Below are positions 17,239 through 26,618 of a stretch of DNA of 64,000 bases, in pieces (within the stretch, counting starts at the first letter, position 1; each line of letters starts with the position of its first letter). The notes under the pieces were generated by a model. It worked only from the letters and a program-made list of their open reading frames with translations, did no database searches and was not told where the DNA came from. A program made the position numbers and the translations under genes. The stretch lies in assembly GCA_964587655.1 (NCBI GenBank), contig CAZPMT010000003.1, positions 50,915 to 114,914 on the forward strand, in the 5' to 3' direction. The DNA is from an uncultured Nitrospiraceae bacterium (GTDB lineage Bacteria > Hydrogenedentota > Hydrogenedentia > Hydrogenedentales > SLHB01).

Positions 17239-19881
17239 GTGAAGAGTGACGAAATACGTGCAACTTATCTTGAGTTTTTCCGGCAGAGAGGACACGTCAT
17301 TGAGCGGAGCGCCACGATCGTCCCGAGCAATGACCCGACACTCCTGTTCTCGATCGCGGGGATGATTCAGTTCAAACCCTACTACACGGGCGAGGCGCCC
17401 GTGCCGTATCGCCGGGCGGCGACTTCGCAGAAATGCCTGCGCGCGGGCGGCAAAGCCAACGATCTTGACGAGGTTGGCAAGACCTCGCGCCATTGCACGT
17501 TCTTCGAGATGCTGGGGAATTTCTCTTTCGGCGACTACTTCAAACGCGAGGCTATCGCCTGGGCGTGGGAGTTGTCGACGCAAGTCTTCAAGATGAATCC
17601 CGATCTCATCTGGGTGTCGGTTTACGAGGAAGACGATGAAGCCGCGGACATCTGGGAGAAAGAGATCGGACTGCCGGCGCGCAAGATTGTGCGGCTGGGC
17701 AAGAAGGACAACTTCTGGGGCCCGGCGGGCGACACGGGCGCATGCGGTCCCTGCTCGGAATTGCACATCGACCGTGGTTTGTCGATTGGGTGTGGCCGTC
17801 CCGACTGCGCGCCGGGCTGCGAACATTGCGAGCGTTTTCTCGAATTCTGGAACCTCGTCTTCCCGCAGTTTGACCAGCAGTTGGACGGCTCCCGTCCGCC
17901 GCTGAAGAACCGCGGGATTGATACGGGCATGGGCCTTGAACGCGTTGCGATGCTGCTGCAAGACAAGGACAACGTGTTCGACACGGACGCCCTTTATCCG
18001 ATTATCGAAGCTACCCAGTCTCTGTGCAAGGTCAAGTATGCGGACAACCCCGTTCCGTTCCGCGTGATCGCCGACCACGCGCGCGCGTTGTCGTTCATGA
18101 TCGCCGATGGCGTTCTTCCGTCGAACGAAGGGCGGGGCTACGTCGAGCGGCGCCTGCTGCGGCGTGCGGCGCGTTTCGGACGCGAACTGGGATTCGAGAA
18201 GCCTTTCCTTTACGAGGTCACGAAGACCGTCGTGGAACGGATGGGCCATCACTATGTGGAACTGGTCGAGAAGCGGCTTCAGATCGAGAAGATCATTCTC
18301 ACGGAGGAGGAGCGTTTCGCGGGAACCCTCGCGCGCGGCATGGAGCGGCTCGAAGAGATCTTTGACGCGATGGCGAAAGCGGGCGAGAAGCCGGTTTCCG
18401 GCGCGGAACTCTTCCGGCTTCATGATACGTTCGGTTTCCCGCTCGATCTCGCCACGGACATCGCGACGGATCGCGGATACAGCGTGGATCGGGAAGGGTT
18501 CGATGCGGCGATGACGAAGCAGCGCGAACAGGCTCGGAGCGCCTGGGCCGGAAGCGGCGAGGAAGCGCTGTCCCCGGTTTACCGCGTGACGTTGGATGAG
18601 GCCGGCGCCACGCAGTTCCTGGGCTACGAAGCCAGTGAGTGCGAGGCCAGGATTGTTGCGATTATCCGCTCGGGCACACGCGCCGACTCCCTTTGCGAGG
18701 GCCAAGAGGGCGAGGTGGTCCTTGACAAGACTCCGTTTTACGCGGAGTCAGGCGGCCAGGCCGGCGACACCGGCACGTTGGATGCAGTGAGCGGGAACGC
18801 GCACGTGTCCGGAACGAAGGCGCCCCTCGGCAAGATGATTCTCCACGCCGTGCGCGTCAACCGCGGCGCGCTGAAGGTCGGCGACTCCGTTATCGCGCGG
18901 ATAAACGTCGAGAAGCGCCGCTCGACGGAAAATCATCATACCGCGACGCATCTGCTCCAAGCGGCGCTCCAGGATATCCTGGGCGATCATGTGCACCAAG
19001 CCGGGTCTTTGGTTGCGCCGGATCGGCTGCGGTTTGACCTCACGCACTTCGAGGCGGTGGGTGCGGAACGTCTCCATGACATCGAACGGATGGCGAATTC
19101 CTTCATACGAAAGAACCTCCCGGTCACAATCACGCACATGCCGCTCGCGGAAGCGCGGAAGGCGGGCGCGATGGCCTTGTTCGGCGAAAAGTACGAGGAT
19201 ACGGTGCGCGTTGTCCGCGTCGGCGACATCAGCCTCGAGCTCTGTGGCGGCTGCCACGTTCAGCGGACCGGCGTCATCGGATACTGCAAGATATTGAGCG
19301 AGTCTTCGGTGGCCGCGGGCGTGCGGCGCATTGAGGCCGTGTGCGGCGAACCATGCGTCGACGTGCTACAGAGCCGCGAGCGTGAGCTCGCGCGGACCGC
19401 CCTGCTCGTCAATTGCGGGCCGGACGACCTCGAATCGCGCGTCCAGGCGCTGATCGATGAGAACAAGCGGCTCGCGCGCGACGTGGCCAAGTGGAAGCAA
19501 GCGGCCGCGACCGGCGCTTCCGTCGACTACATGTCGCGCGTTCAGGACGTCAAGGGCGTGAAGGTGCTTGCCGCGGAGATCGCCGATCAGGATCCCGCCG
19601 GTCTCCGGATGGTGCTCGACAGCCTGCGGGACAAGCTCCGCTCCGGCGTGGTCATACTAGGCAGCGTCAGCGAGGGCAAGGTCAGCCTCTGCGTGGGCGT
19701 AACGAAGGACCTTACGGGCAGGATCAAGGCGGGCGAAATCGTCAAGCAGATTGCCCCCATCGTCGGCGGCGGGGGCGGCGGCAAGCCCGATATGGCCCAG
19801 GCCGGCGGCAAGATTCCCGAGAAGCTCCCGGAAGCCATCTCGAAGGCCCCGGAAGTCGTCTCGAACCTGCTCGGGAGTTGA
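17239..19881 (+). CDS. alaS: Alanine--tRNA ligase
   Basis: DPTLLF, QKCLRAGGK, HCTFFEMLGNFSFGDYFK, DTGMGLER, HTATHLL, ELCGGCH and GGGGGKPDMAQAGG motifs. GTG start after GGAG. Confidence 0.98.
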   Translation: MKSDEIRATYLEFFRQRGHVIERSATIVPSNDPTLLFSIAGMIQFKPYYTGEAPVPYRRAATSQKCLRAGGKANDLDEVGKTSRHCTFFEMLGNFSFGDYFKREAIAWAWELSTQVFKMNPDLIWVSVYEEDDEAADIWEKEIGLPARKIVRLGKKDNFWGPAGDTGACGPCSELHIDRGLSIGCGRPDCAPGCEHCERFLEFWNLVFPQFDQQLDGSRPPLKNRGIDTGMGLERVAMLLQDKDNVFDTDALYPIIEATQSLCKVKYADNPVPFRVIADHARALSFMIADGVLPSNEGRGYVERRLLRRAARFGRELGFEKPFLYEVTKTVVERMGHHYVELVEKRLQIEKIILTEEERFAGTLARGMERLEEIFDAMAKAGEKPVSGAELFRLHDTFGFPLDLATDIATDRGYSVDREGFDAAMTKQREQARSAWAGSGEEALSPVYRVTLDEAGATQFLGYEASECEARIVAIIRSGTRADSLCEGQEGEVVLDKTPFYAESGGQAGDTGTLDAVSGNAHVSGTKAPLGKMILHAVRVNRGALKVGDSVIARINVEKRRSTENHHTATHLLQAALQDILGDHVHQAGSLVAPDRLRFDLTHFEAVGAERLHDIERMANSFIRKNLPVTITHMPLAEARKAGAMALFGEKYEDTVRVVRVGDISLELCGGCHVQRTGVIGYCKILSESSVAAGVRRIEAVCGEPCVDVLQSRERELARTALLVNCGPDDLESRVQALIDENKRLARDVAKWKQAAATGASVDYMSRVQDVKGVKVLAAEIADQDPAGLRMVLDSLRDKLRSGVVILGSVSEGKVSLCVGVTKDLTGRIKAGEIVKQIAPIVGGGGGGKPDMAQAGGKIPEKLPEAISKAPEVVSNLLGS

Positions 19882-19923
19882 TGCAACGGAATCTTCCGCG
19901 CACCTGAGAACTCACGCTGATTG

Positions 19924-20023
19924 GTTTCGTGGCCGCGGCGTCCTCGCCGCGTTTTCGTCAAGAACCGCTTGACACAAGGTGTGTGTGCGCCGAAACGCGG
20001 CGAGGACGCCGCGGCCACGAAAC
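19924..20023. repeat. Inverted pair of GTGG-family REPs
   Basis: GTTTCGTGGCCGCGGCGTCCTCGCCGCG ... CGCGGCGAGGACGCCGCGGCCACGAAAC. Confidence 0.85.
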
Positions 20024-20041
20024 GGAAGTCAACTGCCACTC

Positions 20042-20102
20042 TTGGCATTTCCCGCGGGAGTATGTTACACTCGAAGATCGATATGTTTTGCTGTGCATAA
20101 CG
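20042..20102 (+). promoter_or_regulatory. Promoter and ModE/TunR-like operator of the tungstate/Moco operon
   Basis: TTGGCA-N18-TACACT with extended TG. Palindrome CGATATGT-N8-GCATAACG (20079-20102) resembles ModE/TunR sites. Confidence 0.65.
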
Positions 20103-20113
20103 GGAGAACGACG

Positions 20114-20305
20114 ATGGATAACCAGCAGGCGTTGGTCGAGGCCGTCAAGAAGGCGGCCACCGAGGCGGATGGGCAGTTGACACTGCGCTGTTCGAAGGCG
20201 TTCGAGGTCGCCGGGCAACTCGGGGCGAGCGTGGGCGCCATCGGCCGCATCTGCAACGAAGAGGGCATAAAGATCGTGCAGTGCCAGCTTGGTTGCTTCA
20301 AATGA
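20114..20305 (+). CDS. Small Cys-containing conserved hypothetical protein (63 aa)
   Basis: GGGAG RBS; LRCSKAF..GRICN..IKIVQCQLGCF; stop overlaps the next ATG. Confidence 0.8.
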   Translation: MDNQQALVEAVKKAATEADGQLTLRCSKAFEVAGQLGASVGAIGRICNEEGIKIVQCQLGCFK

Positions 20306-20673
20306 GGCGCCGGCCAAGGCAGCCGGTGTTCAAGGCGGGGTTCAAGCTGTGGCTGCGCGGCGACGATCCCAAGGAAGTCTTCGGCGGCGGCAAGTGGCGG
20401 TTGCTCGAAGCCATCCGGCGGGAAGGTTCTTTGCGCGCCGCGGCGGCGAAACTTGGCATCAGTTACCGGAAGGCGTGGGGCGATCTCCGCAATGCCGAAG
20501 ACGCCCTCGGTGTGACCTTTCTTGAACGACGCCGCGGCGGGAGCGACGGAGGCGAGTCGGTTCTGACGGACGCGGGCAGGAAATGGCTAAGGGAATACAC
20601 GCGGTTTCATGACCGCGTCGAGAAGGCAGTGGACAAGGCTTTTGTTTCGTGGCTTGGGAGGATTGCGAAATGA
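20302..20673 (+). CDS. ModE-family winged-helix regulator (DNA-binding domain only)
   Basis: FGGGKWRLLEAI..GSLRAAAAKLGISYRKAW..RRGG..GESVLT; no TOBE/mop domains. Confidence 0.88.
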   Translation: MRRRPRQPVFKAGFKLWLRGDDPKEVFGGGKWRLLEAIRREGSLRAAAAKLGISYRKAWGDLRNAEDALGVTFLERRRGGSDGGESVLTDAGRKWLREYTRFHDRVEKAVDKAFVSWLGRIAK

Positions 20674-21632
20674 GTGGAATGCCAGTCCTCGCGGTGGGAC
20701 TTGCCACTCTATGGCTTTGCGGCGGCGTTGCGTTTGCGAGCGAGGAAATCTCCGGGGACCTGATTGTGTTTAACGCGGGGAGTCTTAGCGTCCCCGTGGC
20801 CGAGATCGCGGCGGCCTTCAACAAGGAGTATCCGGCGGTGCGCGTGTTGGCCGAGGCGGCTGGAAGCCGCGAGTGCGCGCGAAAGATCTCGGACCTGGGG
20901 CGACCGTGCGACGTTCTCGCGGCGTCGGACTATGCCGTCATCGACACGCTACTGATCCCGAAGTACGCGGACTGGAACATAAAGTTCGCGGGCAACGAGA
21001 TGACGATCGTCTACGGCGAAGGCAGCAAACATGCCGGCGAGATCACCGCGAACAACTGGTATGAGATTCTTCTGTGCGACGACGTGGCGTTTGGGCGCGC
21101 GAATCCGAACTCGGATCCGTGCGGCTATCGTTCCGTGCTCACGATGAAGCTGGCGGAGGACTTCTACAAACAGCCGGGTCTCGCGGACAAGCTGCTGAAG
21201 AAAGATCTGCGTTACATGCGCCCGAAGGAAACGGACCTGCTTGCGCTGTTGGAAGTGAAAGCCATCGATTACATCTTTCTGTATCGTTCGGTGGCGAATC
21301 AGCATGGCCTCAAGTGGGTGACGCTGCCCAATGAGATCAACCTGAAGGACCCGAAGTTCGCGGAGCGGTACCGGACGGCCACGGTAGAGTTGACGGGGGA
21401 TAAGCCGGGCGCAGTGGTGACTCAGCGCGGCGAACCGATGGTCTACGGGATCACGATCCCCAAGGACGCGCCAAATCCCAAGGCCGCGCTGGCGTTTGTC
21501 ACGTTCCTCCTCGAAAAGGACAAGGGGATGGCGATCATGGAGAAGAACGGGCAGCCGTCGGTGGTCCCTTCCGCTTCGGAAGCGTATGACAAGATCCCGG
21601 ATGCGCTGAAGAAGTATGCGCTCAAGCCATGA
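20670..21632 (+). CDS. wtpA: Tungstate ABC transporter substrate-binding protein WtpA
   Basis: FNAGSLSVP, AGSRECARKI, NPNSDPCGYR, RPKETDLLALLE and YRSVA motifs. Confidence 0.88.
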   Translation: MSGMPVLAVGLATLWLCGGVAFASEEISGDLIVFNAGSLSVPVAEIAAAFNKEYPAVRVLAEAAGSRECARKISDLGRPCDVLAASDYAVIDTLLIPKYADWNIKFAGNEMTIVYGEGSKHAGEITANNWYEILLCDDVAFGRANPNSDPCGYRSVLTMKLAEDFYKQPGLADKLLKKDLRYMRPKETDLLALLEVKAIDYIFLYRSVANQHGLKWVTLPNEINLKDPKFAERYRTATVELTGDKPGAVVTQRGEPMVYGITIPKDAPNPKAALAFVTFLLEKDKGMAIMEKNGQPSVVPSASEAYDKIPDALKKYALKP

Positions 21633-22438
21633 AGAACGCCGCATGGACATCGCACAGGTTGGAGCCGCTCCATCTTGTGTTCAGTCTCCTGGGGGGCCTG
21701 GTTCTGCTGTTTATCGTCGCGCCGCTGGCGGGCATGGTTCTCAAGACGTCCGTGCCGGAAGTCGCAGCGACCGCCGTCGACCCTGAAGTGCAGCGCAGCG
21801 TGATTTTGACGCTGTGGACCTCGATGGCGGCAACGTTGATCCTGGCCTTTGCCGCAATTCCGTTTTCGTACCTGCTGGCGCGGAAGGAGTTTCCGCTGAA
21901 GCGCCTCGTGACGGCGATCATCGACCTGCCGATTGTGATCCCGCATTCGGCGGCGGGGATTGCCATCCTTGGTTTCGTTTCCGGCGACAGTCTCGTGGGC
22001 GCCGCGGCGAAGCGGGCGGGAGTTCACTTCGTGGGAGGCGCGGCGGGGATCATGACGGCGATGGCGTTCGTAAGCCTGCCGTTTCTCATCAATGCCGCGC
22101 GTGATGGTTTCAGCGCGGCACCGGAACGGCTCGAAAAGGCTGCTCTCAGCCTCGGCGCGTCAGCCACGCGCGTCTTCTTCACGATCTCGGTCCCACTGGC
22201 GTGGCGCGCCATTCTGTCCGGATTGATCCTGATGTGGGCGCGCGGCCTCAGCGAATTCGGGGCCGTGGCGGTTGTGGCATATCATCCGATTGTCACGCCG
22301 GTGTTCATCTACGAGCGCTTCGGGGCGTTCGGCCTCAAGTACGCGCGCCCGATCTCGGTCTTGTTCATCGGCGTGTGCTTGATCTTCTTCATCGCGGTGC
22401 GTCTGTTGGCGAGGCGGCAGGACCATGCTGAGCGTTAG
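21629..22438 (+). CDS. wtpB: Tungstate/molybdate ABC transporter permease
   Basis: DLPIVIPHSAAG, EKAALSLGA (EAA loop) and WARGLSEFGAV motifs. Confidence 0.88.
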   Translation: MKNAAWTSHRLEPLHLVFSLLGGLVLLFIVAPLAGMVLKTSVPEVAATAVDPEVQRSVILTLWTSMAATLILAFAAIPFSYLLARKEFPLKRLVTAIIDLPIVIPHSAAGIAILGFVSGDSLVGAAAKRAGVHFVGGAAGIMTAMAFVSLPFLINAARDGFSAAPERLEKAALSLGASATRVFFTISVPLAWRAILSGLILMWARGLSEFGAVAVVAYHPIVTPVFIYERFGAFGLKYARPISVLFIGVCLIFFIAVRLLARRQDHAER

Positions 22439-23486
22439 AAATATGAGCAAGAATCTCGGGGCTTTGGCGATCCGCGGCGTTTCCTTCGACGTGAATAACG
22501 GCGACTACTTCGTCCTGCTCGGCGCGTCCGGCGTCGGAAAGACGGTTCTCTTGGAGATGCTGGCCGGTATAACGATTCCCGACGCGGGGCGTGTCATGTG
22601 GGATGATGAGGATATCACGCACGCGCGGATCCAGAAACGCCGATTCGGACTCGTGTATCAGAACCAGTCGCTGTTTCCGCACATGTCCGTGTACGGCAAC
22701 ATTGCGTACGGGCCCCGTGCGCGCGGGCTGCGCCGGCGCGACGTCCGCGAGAGAACGCGCGCTCTGGCGGAGGAGGTTGGGGTCGCCGCGCTGCTCGGGC
22801 GGATGCCGGGGACGCTTTCCGGCGGCGAGGCGCAGCGGGTGGCGCTTGCGCGCGCGCTTGCCACGGAGCCGCGGTGCCTGCTGCTTGACGAGCCAATCGC
22901 GTCTCTCGATGCTCGCGCGCGTTTGCAGATGCGAACACTCCTGCGCGCTCTGAATCGCGGCGGCCATACGGTGATTCACGTCACGCACGATTTTGAGGAG
23001 GCGGCGTCTCTCGCGTCGCGCGTAGGTATCATGGAGAAAGGCGCCGTGGTGCAGGTGGGCGCGCCGAGCGAAGTGTTCCAGCATCCGACGTCCGAGTTCG
23101 TTGCGCATTTCGTCGGCATACGCAACGTTTACAGGGGTCGTCTGTCGCCTTCGAGCACGGGCGAGGGCGGCACGGCGCGATTCGTGACGGGCGACCTATC
23201 GTTTGCCGTGCTGACCGATGCAGCTCCGGGTCCCGGATGCCTTATCTTGCGCAGCGAGGACATTACCGTTTCGCTCGGAAGGAGCGACACAAGCGCGCAG
23301 AACACGTTTCGAGGAAAAGTGACCGATGTGGCGCCCGCGCGGCTTGGCGTCGAAATCACGATCGATGTCGGCGTGGAAGTAGCGGCGTGGGTCACGGCGG
23401 AATCGGTCGAGCGGCTTGGACTGACACTGGGAAAAGTGGTCTGGATCAGTTTCAAGGCCTCCGCGGCCCGTTTCATCGAGGAATAG
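22425..23486 (+). CDS. wtpC: Tungstate/molybdate ABC ATPase with TOBE domain
   Basis: GASGVGKT, LSGGEAQRVALARAL and LLLDEP motifs; C-terminal TOBE (SAQNTFRGKV..FKAS). Confidence 0.88.
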   Translation: MLSVRNMSKNLGALAIRGVSFDVNNGDYFVLLGASGVGKTVLLEMLAGITIPDAGRVMWDDEDITHARIQKRRFGLVYQNQSLFPHMSVYGNIAYGPRARGLRRRDVRERTRALAEEVGVAALLGRMPGTLSGGEAQRVALARALATEPRCLLLDEPIASLDARARLQMRTLLRALNRGGHTVIHVTHDFEEAASLASRVGIMEKGAVVQVGAPSEVFQHPTSEFVAHFVGIRNVYRGRLSPSSTGEGGTARFVTGDLSFAVLTDAAPGPGCLILRSEDITVSLGRSDTSAQNTFRGKVTDVAPARLGVEITIDVGVEVAAWVTAESVERLGLTLGKVVWISFKASAARFIEE

Positions 23487-23487
23487 C

Positions 23488-24663
23488 ATGATCTACGCTC
23501 CAAACATGCTGCTGATCGGCTCCACCGGGCGAGACTCCGGCAAGACCACGTTTGCGTGCTCGCTCATCAAGCGCCTTCACGGCCGGCATGAGGTCGTCGC
23601 TGCGAAAGTGACGACCATTCAGGAGCGTGACGGAACGTGTCCCCGGGGCGGAGAGGGCTGCGGAGTGTGTGCGGCCCTCGATGGCTGCTACTGTGTTACC
23701 GAGGAAACGGTGCGCGGCGGCGAGAAGGATACTCAGCGGCTGCTCGAGGCGGGCGCGGACAAGGTTTACTGGCTGCGCGTTCGAAAAGAGCACCTGATGG
23801 AAGGGGCCGCGGCGCTCATTGACGTCGCCGGCAAGGACAGAGTTGCCGTGTGCGAATCCAACAGCCTGCGAACGGTCGTCGAGCCTGGTCTGTTCTTCAT
23901 GTTCCGCCACAGCGACGTGGAGCCCGTCAAAGCATCCGCAAAGAGCGTTCGCGAACATACGGATCGAATCGTCACATGGGATGGCGCGGCGTTCGACCTC
24001 GATCCGGCCGAGATGGGCGTTGCTGAGAACCGCTGGACGTTCCGGTATGACGCGGCGGCGGCCATACTGGCCGGAGGCAAGAGTGAGCGCATGGGGCGGG
24101 ACAAGACGCTGATAGCTCTCCACGGACGCCCACTCGTTCAATATGTTCACGAGCAACTGCAACCGCACTTCAAGGAAGTCTTCATCAGCGCAAACGACAC
24201 GGGCAAGTTCGCGTTTCTCGGCAGCACCGTCGTTGAGGACGAGATACCCGATCAAGGCCCGCTGATGGCGATTGTCTCGGTGCTTCGCGCTTCTCCCTGG
24301 GCGTTGAACCTGGTCGTCGCGTGCGATATCCCCGAGGTTGACGTGAGAATCCTGAGAAGCATGATGCGGAACGCAGGACGTTCCACAGTTTGTCTCCGTT
24401 TGACAAACTGTGATGTGGACGCTGTGGTCCCGCGGATCGGCGGGTCCCACACGGAACCGCTCTTCGCGGTCTATGCGAAAAGCGCTCTGACAGGTCTCTC
24501 GAAGGCCCTGGACGCGGGCGTGCGTCGTGTCCGCGACGCGCTGTCGTGGTGCAATGTATACTACCTCGATTCGGTGGCGGAAGCGCCGCTGACGAATCTC
24601 AACACGATCGAGGATTATGGACGGTATACGTCCACTGCACCGAAGGACGATGGACTGAGATGA
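23488..24663 (+). CDS. mobA: Fusion of MobB-like P-loop domain and molybdenum cofactor guanylyltransferase
   Basis: N-terminal GSTGRDSGKTT and KDTQRLLEAGA; C-terminal ILAGGKSERMGRDK, GPL, ACDIP, EPLFAVY and NLNT. Confidence 0.85.
   Translation: MIYAPNMLLIGSTGRDSGKTTFACSLIKRLHGRHEVVAAKVTTIQERDGTCPRGGEGCGVCAALDGCYCVTEETVRGGEKDTQRLLEAGADKVYWLRVRKEHLMEGAAALIDVAGKDRVAVCESNSLRTVVEPGLFFMFRHSDVEPVKASAKSVREHTDRIVTWDGAAFDLDPAEMGVAENRWTFRYDAAAAILAGGKSERMGRDKTLIALHGRPLVQYVHEQLQPHFKEVFISANDTGKFAFLGSTVVEDEIPDQGPLMAIVSVLRASPWALNLVVACDIPEVDVRILRSMMRNAGRSTVCLRLTNCDVDAVVPRIGGSHTEPLFAVYAKSALTGLSKALDAGVRRVRDALSWCNVYYLDSVAEAPLTNLNTIEDYGRYTSTAPKDDGLR
24384..24412. repeat. 29-bp palindrome CACAGTTTGTC-N7-GACAAACTGTG inside mobA
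   Basis: Same arms at 28344-28372 and 28462-28490. Confidence 0.88.
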
Positions 24664-25838
24664 TCCCTTTTGATGAGGCGTACGAAATCGTGATGTCGCG
24701 CGCGCGCGTCTTGGACGTCGAGAACGTCGGGCTGCACGACGCGCTCCACCGGGTGCTGGCTGAAGACGTCCAATCGGACATGGACATGCCGCCCTTCGAC
24801 AAGTCGGCAATGGACGGCTATGCCTGCCGGCGCGCCGATCTGGCGCACGAGCTTACCGTGATCGAGACGATTCAGGCCGGCACGCCTCCGGTGCGATCCG
24901 TGGGCGCGCGACAGTGCGCAAAGATCATGACCGGCGCCATGCTGCCCGAAGGGGTCGACTGCGTCATCATGATTGAGTACGCGGAGGAGGCGCCCGATGG
25001 CGTCGTTCGCTTCACCGGCGCGTCCACGCGCGACAACATCTGCCGCAAGAGCGAGGACATCCATTTCGGCGAGATCGTGTTGAGAAAGGGGACGCGGCTC
25101 GGCCCGCATCATATCGCAGTGCTTGCCACGGTGGGATGCGTGCGTCCGCCCGTCTACAGCAGAGCGCGGGTCGGGATCATCTCGACGGGGGACGAACTCG
25201 TGGAACCGGGCGAGCGTCCCGGCCCCTCGCAGATCCGCACAAGCAACGGTTATCAGTTGTATGCGCAGGTGCTGGCCGCTGATGCGGCGCCAACGTACTA
25301 CGGCATTGCTAGGGATACGGAAAACGCGCTCAATGCCGCCCTCAAGCGTGCGATGGCCGAGAACGACGTCGTCCTCCTATCGGGCGGCGTCTCGAAGGGC
25401 GACTTTGACTTCGTTCCGGACATCATGCGGCAAAACGGCATCGAGATCCTTTTCGATTCGATCGCAATGAAGCCGGGAAAACCGACAACATTCGGAGCGT
25501 CGCCGTCGATCTATTGCTTTGGACTACCCGGGAATCCCGTTTCCGCCTTTATTCAATGCGAGATCCTCGTGAAGCCGTTTCTGTACAGGCTGATGGGGCA
25601 CGATTTCCGTCCGCCGCAGTCCGTGCTGCCGTTGGCGGCGTCACTCGATCTGAAACGGGCCAAGCGCGAGACATGGCTGCCGGTGCGAATCACGGCGGAC
25701 GGACGCGCCGATCCCGCCGAGTATCATGGGTCCGCGCATATCAACGCGCTGTGCCGGGCCGACGGCCTGATAGTGATTCCCGCCGGCGCGGGTGTTATCG
25801 AGAAGGGGACGCTGGTGCATGTTCGACCGCTCCAATAG
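24660..25838 (+). CDS. moeA: Molybdopterin molybdo/tungstotransferase
   Basis: PPFDKSAMDGYA, IMTGAMLP, STGDELV, SGGVSKGDFD, MKPGKP and LPGNPVS motifs. Confidence 0.95.
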   Translation: MIPFDEAYEIVMSRARVLDVENVGLHDALHRVLAEDVQSDMDMPPFDKSAMDGYACRRADLAHELTVIETIQAGTPPVRSVGARQCAKIMTGAMLPEGVDCVIMIEYAEEAPDGVVRFTGASTRDNICRKSEDIHFGEIVLRKGTRLGPHHIAVLATVGCVRPPVYSRARVGIISTGDELVEPGERPGPSQIRTSNGYQLYAQVLAADAAPTYYGIARDTENALNAALKRAMAENDVVLLSGGVSKGDFDFVPDIMRQNGIEILFDSIAMKPGKPTTFGASPSIYCFGLPGNPVSAFIQCEILVKPFLYRLMGHDFRPPQSVLPLAASLDLKRAKRETWLPVRITADGRADPAEYHGSAHINALCRADGLIVIPAGAGVIEKGTLVHVRPLQ

Positions 25839-26616
25839 ACGTATTGACTACCTGCGAATCTCCGTCACGGACAAGTGCAATCTTCGGTGCGCTTATTGCA
25901 TGCCCGAGGAGGGCGTGCCGCTGATCCGCCACGAGGACGTGCTGCGTTTCGAGGAGATCGCGGAGGTGACGCGGACGGCGGTCGAGTTGGGCATTACGAA
26001 GGTGCGTGTAACCGGCGGCGAGCCGTTGGTCCGCCGTGGGATCGTGACACTCATCTCGATGCTGGGCCAGGTCCGGGGAATCGCCGATTTCGCCATGACG
26101 ACCAATGGGATCCGCCTGGCCGAATTCGCGCAACCACTTGTGGAGGCCGGCCTGCACCGCGTCAACGTGAGCCTGGATGCAATCGACCCCGAGCGCTACG
26201 CGGCGACTACGCGGGGCGGCGACGTGCGGGCCGTTCTGGCCGGTATTGCCGCGGCTAGGGAAGCGGGCCTTGCACCCATTAAGGTGAACTGCGTGATCCA
26301 ACGAACGCCCGAAGAGCCGGATGCGCGCGACGTGGCGGCCTATGCGGCCGAGGAGGGATTGGAGGTGCGATTCATCCGCCGGATGAATCTAGCCGTGGGC
26401 GATTTCTCCGTCGTGCTCGGCGGGACGGGGGGCGACTGCGCCCGATGCAACCGGCTACGGCTCTCCTGCGACGGGAGGGTCCGTCCGTGCCTCTTCAACG
26501 ATTTGGGGTTCAGCGTTCGCGAGTTTGGCGCGCGCGAGGCGATCCTGCGCGCCGTGGATTATAAACCTGCCTGCGGCAAGACCAGTGAAGGGCTGTTCCA
26601 CAGCATAGGAGGTTGA
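25819..26616 (+). CDS. moaA: GTP 3',8-cyclase (short form)
   Basis: YLRISVTDKCNLRCAYCMP, TGGEPLVR, CARCNRLRL..PCLF; ends in IGG. Confidence 0.93.
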   Translation: MFDRSNRRIDYLRISVTDKCNLRCAYCMPEEGVPLIRHEDVLRFEEIAEVTRTAVELGITKVRVTGGEPLVRRGIVTLISMLGQVRGIADFAMTTNGIRLAEFAQPLVEAGLHRVNVSLDAIDPERYAATTRGGDVRAVLAGIAAAREAGLAPIKVNCVIQRTPEEPDARDVAAYAAEEGLEVRFIRRMNLAVGDFSVVLGGTGGDCARCNRLRLSCDGRVRPCLFNDLGFSVREFGAREAILRAVDYKPACGKTSEGLFHSIGG

Positions 26617-26618
26617 TC

